Assembly: GCF_001194135.2 (NCBI RefSeq)
Contig: NC_068985.1
Coordinates: forward strand, 14,829,562-14,868,965
Length of the DNA stretch: 39,404 bases
From: Octopus bimaculoides
Lineage: Eukaryota
Direction of reading: 5' to 3'
The position numbers and the translations under genes were made by a program. Position 1 is the first letter of the stretch. Each line of letters begins with the position of its first letter. The notes under the pieces are model-generated. The model ran no database searches. It had not been told where the DNA came from and was given only the letters and a program-made list of their open reading frames with translations. Positions 35,454-39,404 of the stretch are shown here, piece after piece.

Positions 35454-36550
35454 TGTAGTGAAACTACCTATCGCCATTGTACACAAAGAAACACGTCTTC
35501 TCACTATTATATATAAACAAGCGCGGCCGTAGTAGAAAACATCTTTCCCTGTCATCACGTGGCTAATTATTATTTGAAGCGGCAACTGCTTCATACCGTT
35601 CCCGCCAGAACGCAAACTGACCAACCGTGGCCCCTAATAAGGTCACGTGATAGAGTATTTTTCTGATGCCTTCGGGAGCCTACCATCAACTATAAATAGC
35701 CTAAATTCATCGGCAAAATTCGTCTCGGTTCAGATCTCTTAGGGACCTGTTCCGTGTACCACACAGCAGCAGCAGCAGCCAGCGACAACAACCAACAGCT
35801 TCGTTCAACTACAAGCACAGCAGCAACACGACACTACGACTACCAGCATCGCCACCAGCGTCAACACCACTTCAACTACAAACTACAAGATTCGCCACCG
35901 ACGTCGCCAATATAGTCAACACGACTTTCTATGTACACCAATAACCAAACTACCGCGGCACATCTCTCTCTCTCTTCGATTCTGTTTGTGTGATTCTTCT
36001 TCACCACGATAAATAATAGACAAGAGCCCAGCCAGCGACGAACACCTGTATAACAAGAACCCGACCCGGCATGGAAGCCACAACATCACAACTAGTAATC
36101 GCACTGCCACACACGCCTCAACTTCTTACATATACAGACTCTTCCTATTGTGTACTCTAAGAACTGGTATAAATGCTCACACGTGTTACTGACTCTTTTT
36201 ATCTGCTGTATATCTCACATACACATACATGTATCACTTACACACACTCTTTTCTTTATACGACGGCCTGTCTTTTATTATGTTTTAATATGTCGCATTC
36301 ACACTTACACACAGACATACATTTTAATGTCACAATAAATATTTCTGTTATTCATCTCATACGGTTGTCTTCTATCGTCTTCCTTTACTGGCAATTTACG
36401 ACTTCACTAGGTTATCGTAGTATAACATATTTGTATATCATCTTTGATATATTTTTGTGTTCGACCGTGTAACCCGTTTAAATAAAAGGAGTCCTGTTTT
36501 TTCCATTCGTCACCATGTCTCCTTTTTGGGTTCGCACGGTCGTTCTTACA
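35454..36550 (+). mobile_element. Probable solo LTR (Gypsy-like) in (TA)n
   Basis: TGTAG..TTACA ends, TATA on both sides, TATAAATA at 35691, AATAAA at 36481, no coding capacity. Confidence 0.55.
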
Positions 36551-36764
36551 TATATATATGTAACCTCCCAACCCGGCTCGTTCCCCTACTTCCGCCCACG
36601 CTGTTGCACTTGCCCTTACCTCTCCAACACCACCCTCCTCACAGGCACACATCANNNNNNNNNNNNNNNNNNNNNNNNNNNNNNNNNNNNNNNNNNNNNN
36701 NNNNNNNNNNNNNNNNNNNNNNNNNNNNNNNNNNNNNNNNNNNNNNNNNNNNNNATATATATAA

Positions 36765-37440
36765 GAAAAATTTCGACCTAAAATTTTGCTACGAGACACC
36801 CATCGTGTCAAAAATTCCATATAGTCACAGCCAAATTCTTTCAAAGACTTTCTGTGCTCGTGTAACTCATATCCTCAGGTCAGTTCTCTGAAGGTGTCAA
36901 GACGAGTTTAGCTTATGACAGCTTGGTGGTGAATGGCACAATGCACCCAAGTGAGCGAAAGAGCTTTCTTCTTTGTCAGCGCAACAAACTCTGAACATCA
37001 CCGCTGCCTTATTCGCGCAAACAGCTCCTACTATTTCCTGCTGTATTCCATACTTTGTAAAGTAAGTTGATGGCTTATGTGCCACGGTTATTGTTTCGAG
37101 CGTAAGACAGAACAAGAATTCATCTGTATGGGTTCAAACCCCAAGCACGCATTTTCACATGGACAACCTTAAAGTCGAACTATCCGCTTGAAGCTGCGTC
37201 AGGTGCAACATCTCGAATGTTCCTGAGATTCGCGCCCTTTTTCTCTAGTTAAGCAGTTTGGTGCCCAAATCACGGCAGAGCGCTGTCGGTATTCCAAGCA
37301 GGACAGATCTGGGCTCTCTTCAAGCAGAAAGCTTCAACAGGTTTCCGTGGATTCCTATCTTTTTGTCTCTCACTTTTCAGATAACAAATGGCTGAGCAAA
37401 TACAGTTTTGTCAATCCCCGACCATTCTAGTTTTGTTTTC
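36765..37440 (-). pseudogene. Decayed hAT Charlie/Buster-type transposase
   Basis: Across frameshifts: QLQADSST (LQLDEST), DEFLFCLTLETIT, FVALTKKK..VHCAIHHQA (CxxH), TRWVSRSKILGR (TRWLSRG). Confidence 0.8.
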
Positions 37441-37617
37441 CGTGAGTATATGATCACTTATATATGTACATATACTTAGCCACCCCTTAATAACATATGT
37501 TGTTAAACATTCGAGAGTTTGCTTTTGTTATAATATACGCATCCAGCTTATCTTACACCAGATTATCTTATACAGCAACATCAACTTTGAAAATGCTACC
37601 ATGTCCAAACAACGGTA

Positions 37618-38140
37618 CGCGAGAGTTCCGGACCCCAGTTATGAACTCATTTGCATACAGCCAATCAGAGCTCAACTATCAATCTAATTTTTGAGGGCAT
37701 AACAAGTGATGGGCGATAAGATAAGGTCACTTGGGTAACGACTGGTCAAGCCTCTTTTCTCTTTGAATAATGCTTGTTGTTCTTGTTCTTGTTTCAACCA
37801 TGGCTGCCTCTGCGTAGTTATTTGTGTTGTTTACTTTACTTTGTAAAACAGTAAGGGGAGAGTGTTGCTAGCACATCACCCTCTACCCACATTTTCTCCA
37901 TCCACATCTTTACGATATGGGGCCCTACGAAAATCCGATAATAGGCATAGATGCAAATCTATCTAATTACTTGTCGCTTTCTAAAATCAGGCAAAACTTG
38001 ACGATCGGTCGACTAACAACACCGTTCTTCGTCTTGAGTTTACTTGGTAGAGCGTGCTTTTAACTTGACAACAAGGTTCAAGGTGAGGTCTGATTGGCTG
38101 TATGCAAATGAGTTCATTGCTGGGGTCTGGAACTCTCGTG
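37618..38140. mobile_element. Non-autonomous element with ~55-bp TIRs containing octamer and CCAAT boxes
   Basis: 37620-37673 and 38085-38138 are inverted copies with ~4-5 mismatches. Confidence 0.7.
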
Positions 38141-38374
38141 GGAAAAAAAAAATTTCGCCAACAGTACTGGTAAACTTGCGGCCAAAAACCACAATAACAC
38201 AAACTCGCGATACATCCTTTAGTTGATCCCCCCAACAATATGAGAAAGTAAATTTGCTGAGCACAGAAACATCAGTTGATTCAGCCCGCCGAATGGCAAA
38301 CCTGTGTTTTGATCCTGTGATTTCGGCTATAACATTAGTCACCATTGTGGTGGTTGTTTGTTGGTGTGTAATTA

Positions 38375-38797
38375 TATTGTAGAAGCTAGCTGCGTGTATA
38401 ATAAATCAAGCCAACTCACGAACTTGTAACTTTTAATATACTTATTACTTGACATGATTTAGCTTATTGGCTGTCTACGAAAGAAAGATATTGATAATAT
38501 AACCGCCGACTGAGAGAAGATAACCACGTTGTCTCTGTAGAAAGCTAGATGCGGTCCATCGTGTGTGAGCGTCCGATGTCGTCTCTTACTCGAGGCTGTC
38601 TGCCTTACTTGAATTCCTGAGCCCGTCTGGCTGAGTTAGGCGCCAAACAGCTATTATAGGGCGAAAAGAAGTGAAGTTTAGATCATCCGAGTAACCACAT
38701 CATAGCATTTCGCTGATTGGTCGATTTATAGGTCAATTATGTCAACCTGTTGTGACTCACTCATAATCCTGTGGTTGAGGTTCGCATCTCTACAACA
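38375..38797 (-). mobile_element. Possible solo LTR (BEL/Pao-like ends)
   Basis: T(A)TTGTAGA..TCTACAACA terminal IR; CCAAT and TATAA-like motifs on the minus strand; no TSD seen. Confidence 0.4.
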
Positions 38798-39035
38798 GAT
38801 CTCGACGGATATTTATGCTAAAAATAATGCAATATCAATTCCGCAGGACGTATGGTTTCATAAAATAGGTCAAGTACAAAAATCCAAAAATGGTTAAATG
38901 TTTGATATTAATTTGCAACACCAAGAGAAAGTTTTCCTTAATGTATTTTTAAACGTAGACGGGAATGTACATCGTGTTTTATCAAATCAACCATTGTACA
39001 GAAAATGCTTTGTAAAAATCACAGCTCAACAAATG

Positions 39036-39069
<34 letters not shown>

Positions 39070-39404
39070 TATAATCATATATATATAAACAGCAGTAATA
39101 AGAACGAAATGAGAGATGGTGAAAAGTTAAATACTTGGTCGTTGTCAGAACATGAAAAGGTTAATCTGAATGCATTGCAAATGTTCAAATGTTGTTTGAG
39201 TTCAAGTGTTCACTTAAATTGCCTGCGAATAAATGTTTGAAACAATGTGACACGATTATGACCGTATGGGAAAACTAATTTTCACAAGTTGTGCTTGATT
39301 GCGTCAGCTGTTTTAAATATGCGTGTGAACGAGTTATGTACGTGTGAAGGAGGGAAACATTTTATTTATAATGTGCAGTAACATATTTGTGTGTGTGTGT
39401 GTGT

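Overview
Eukaryotic, repeat-dense genomic DNA with 11 N-gaps. The abundant tRNA-derived SINE families, extreme microsatellite load and TE mix suggest a coleoid cephalopod, probably Octopus (inference). One real host gene is present on the + strand: a spliced serine beta-lactamase-fold hydrolase (family VIII esterase / C. elegans lact-2-like). Seven exons are readable between 8065 and ~21251, with consistent GT-AG phases and the SxxK, YHx and GxxGxGG motifs. Exon 19658+ runs into an N-gap, and the first exon is not securely found. The rest is transposon debris: mariner and rosa-like Tc1/mariner deletion derivatives, hAT, Merlin-like and other MITEs, RTE, L1/Tx1-like, CR1-like and R4/Dong-like LINE fragments, a Penelope-like end, probable solo LTRs, a Charlie/Buster transposase remnant and more than 25 SINE copies. 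The most unusual items are (1) a Merlin-like MITE whose arms are inverted TTAGGG telomere repeats, (2) a perfect 99-bp inverted repeat bracketing one exon, (3) two LINEs bounded by (CATA)n, and (4) an inverted repeat carrying octamer plus CCAAT boxes. Almost all ORFs in the supplied track are artefacts of N-runs, microsatellites or SINEs.
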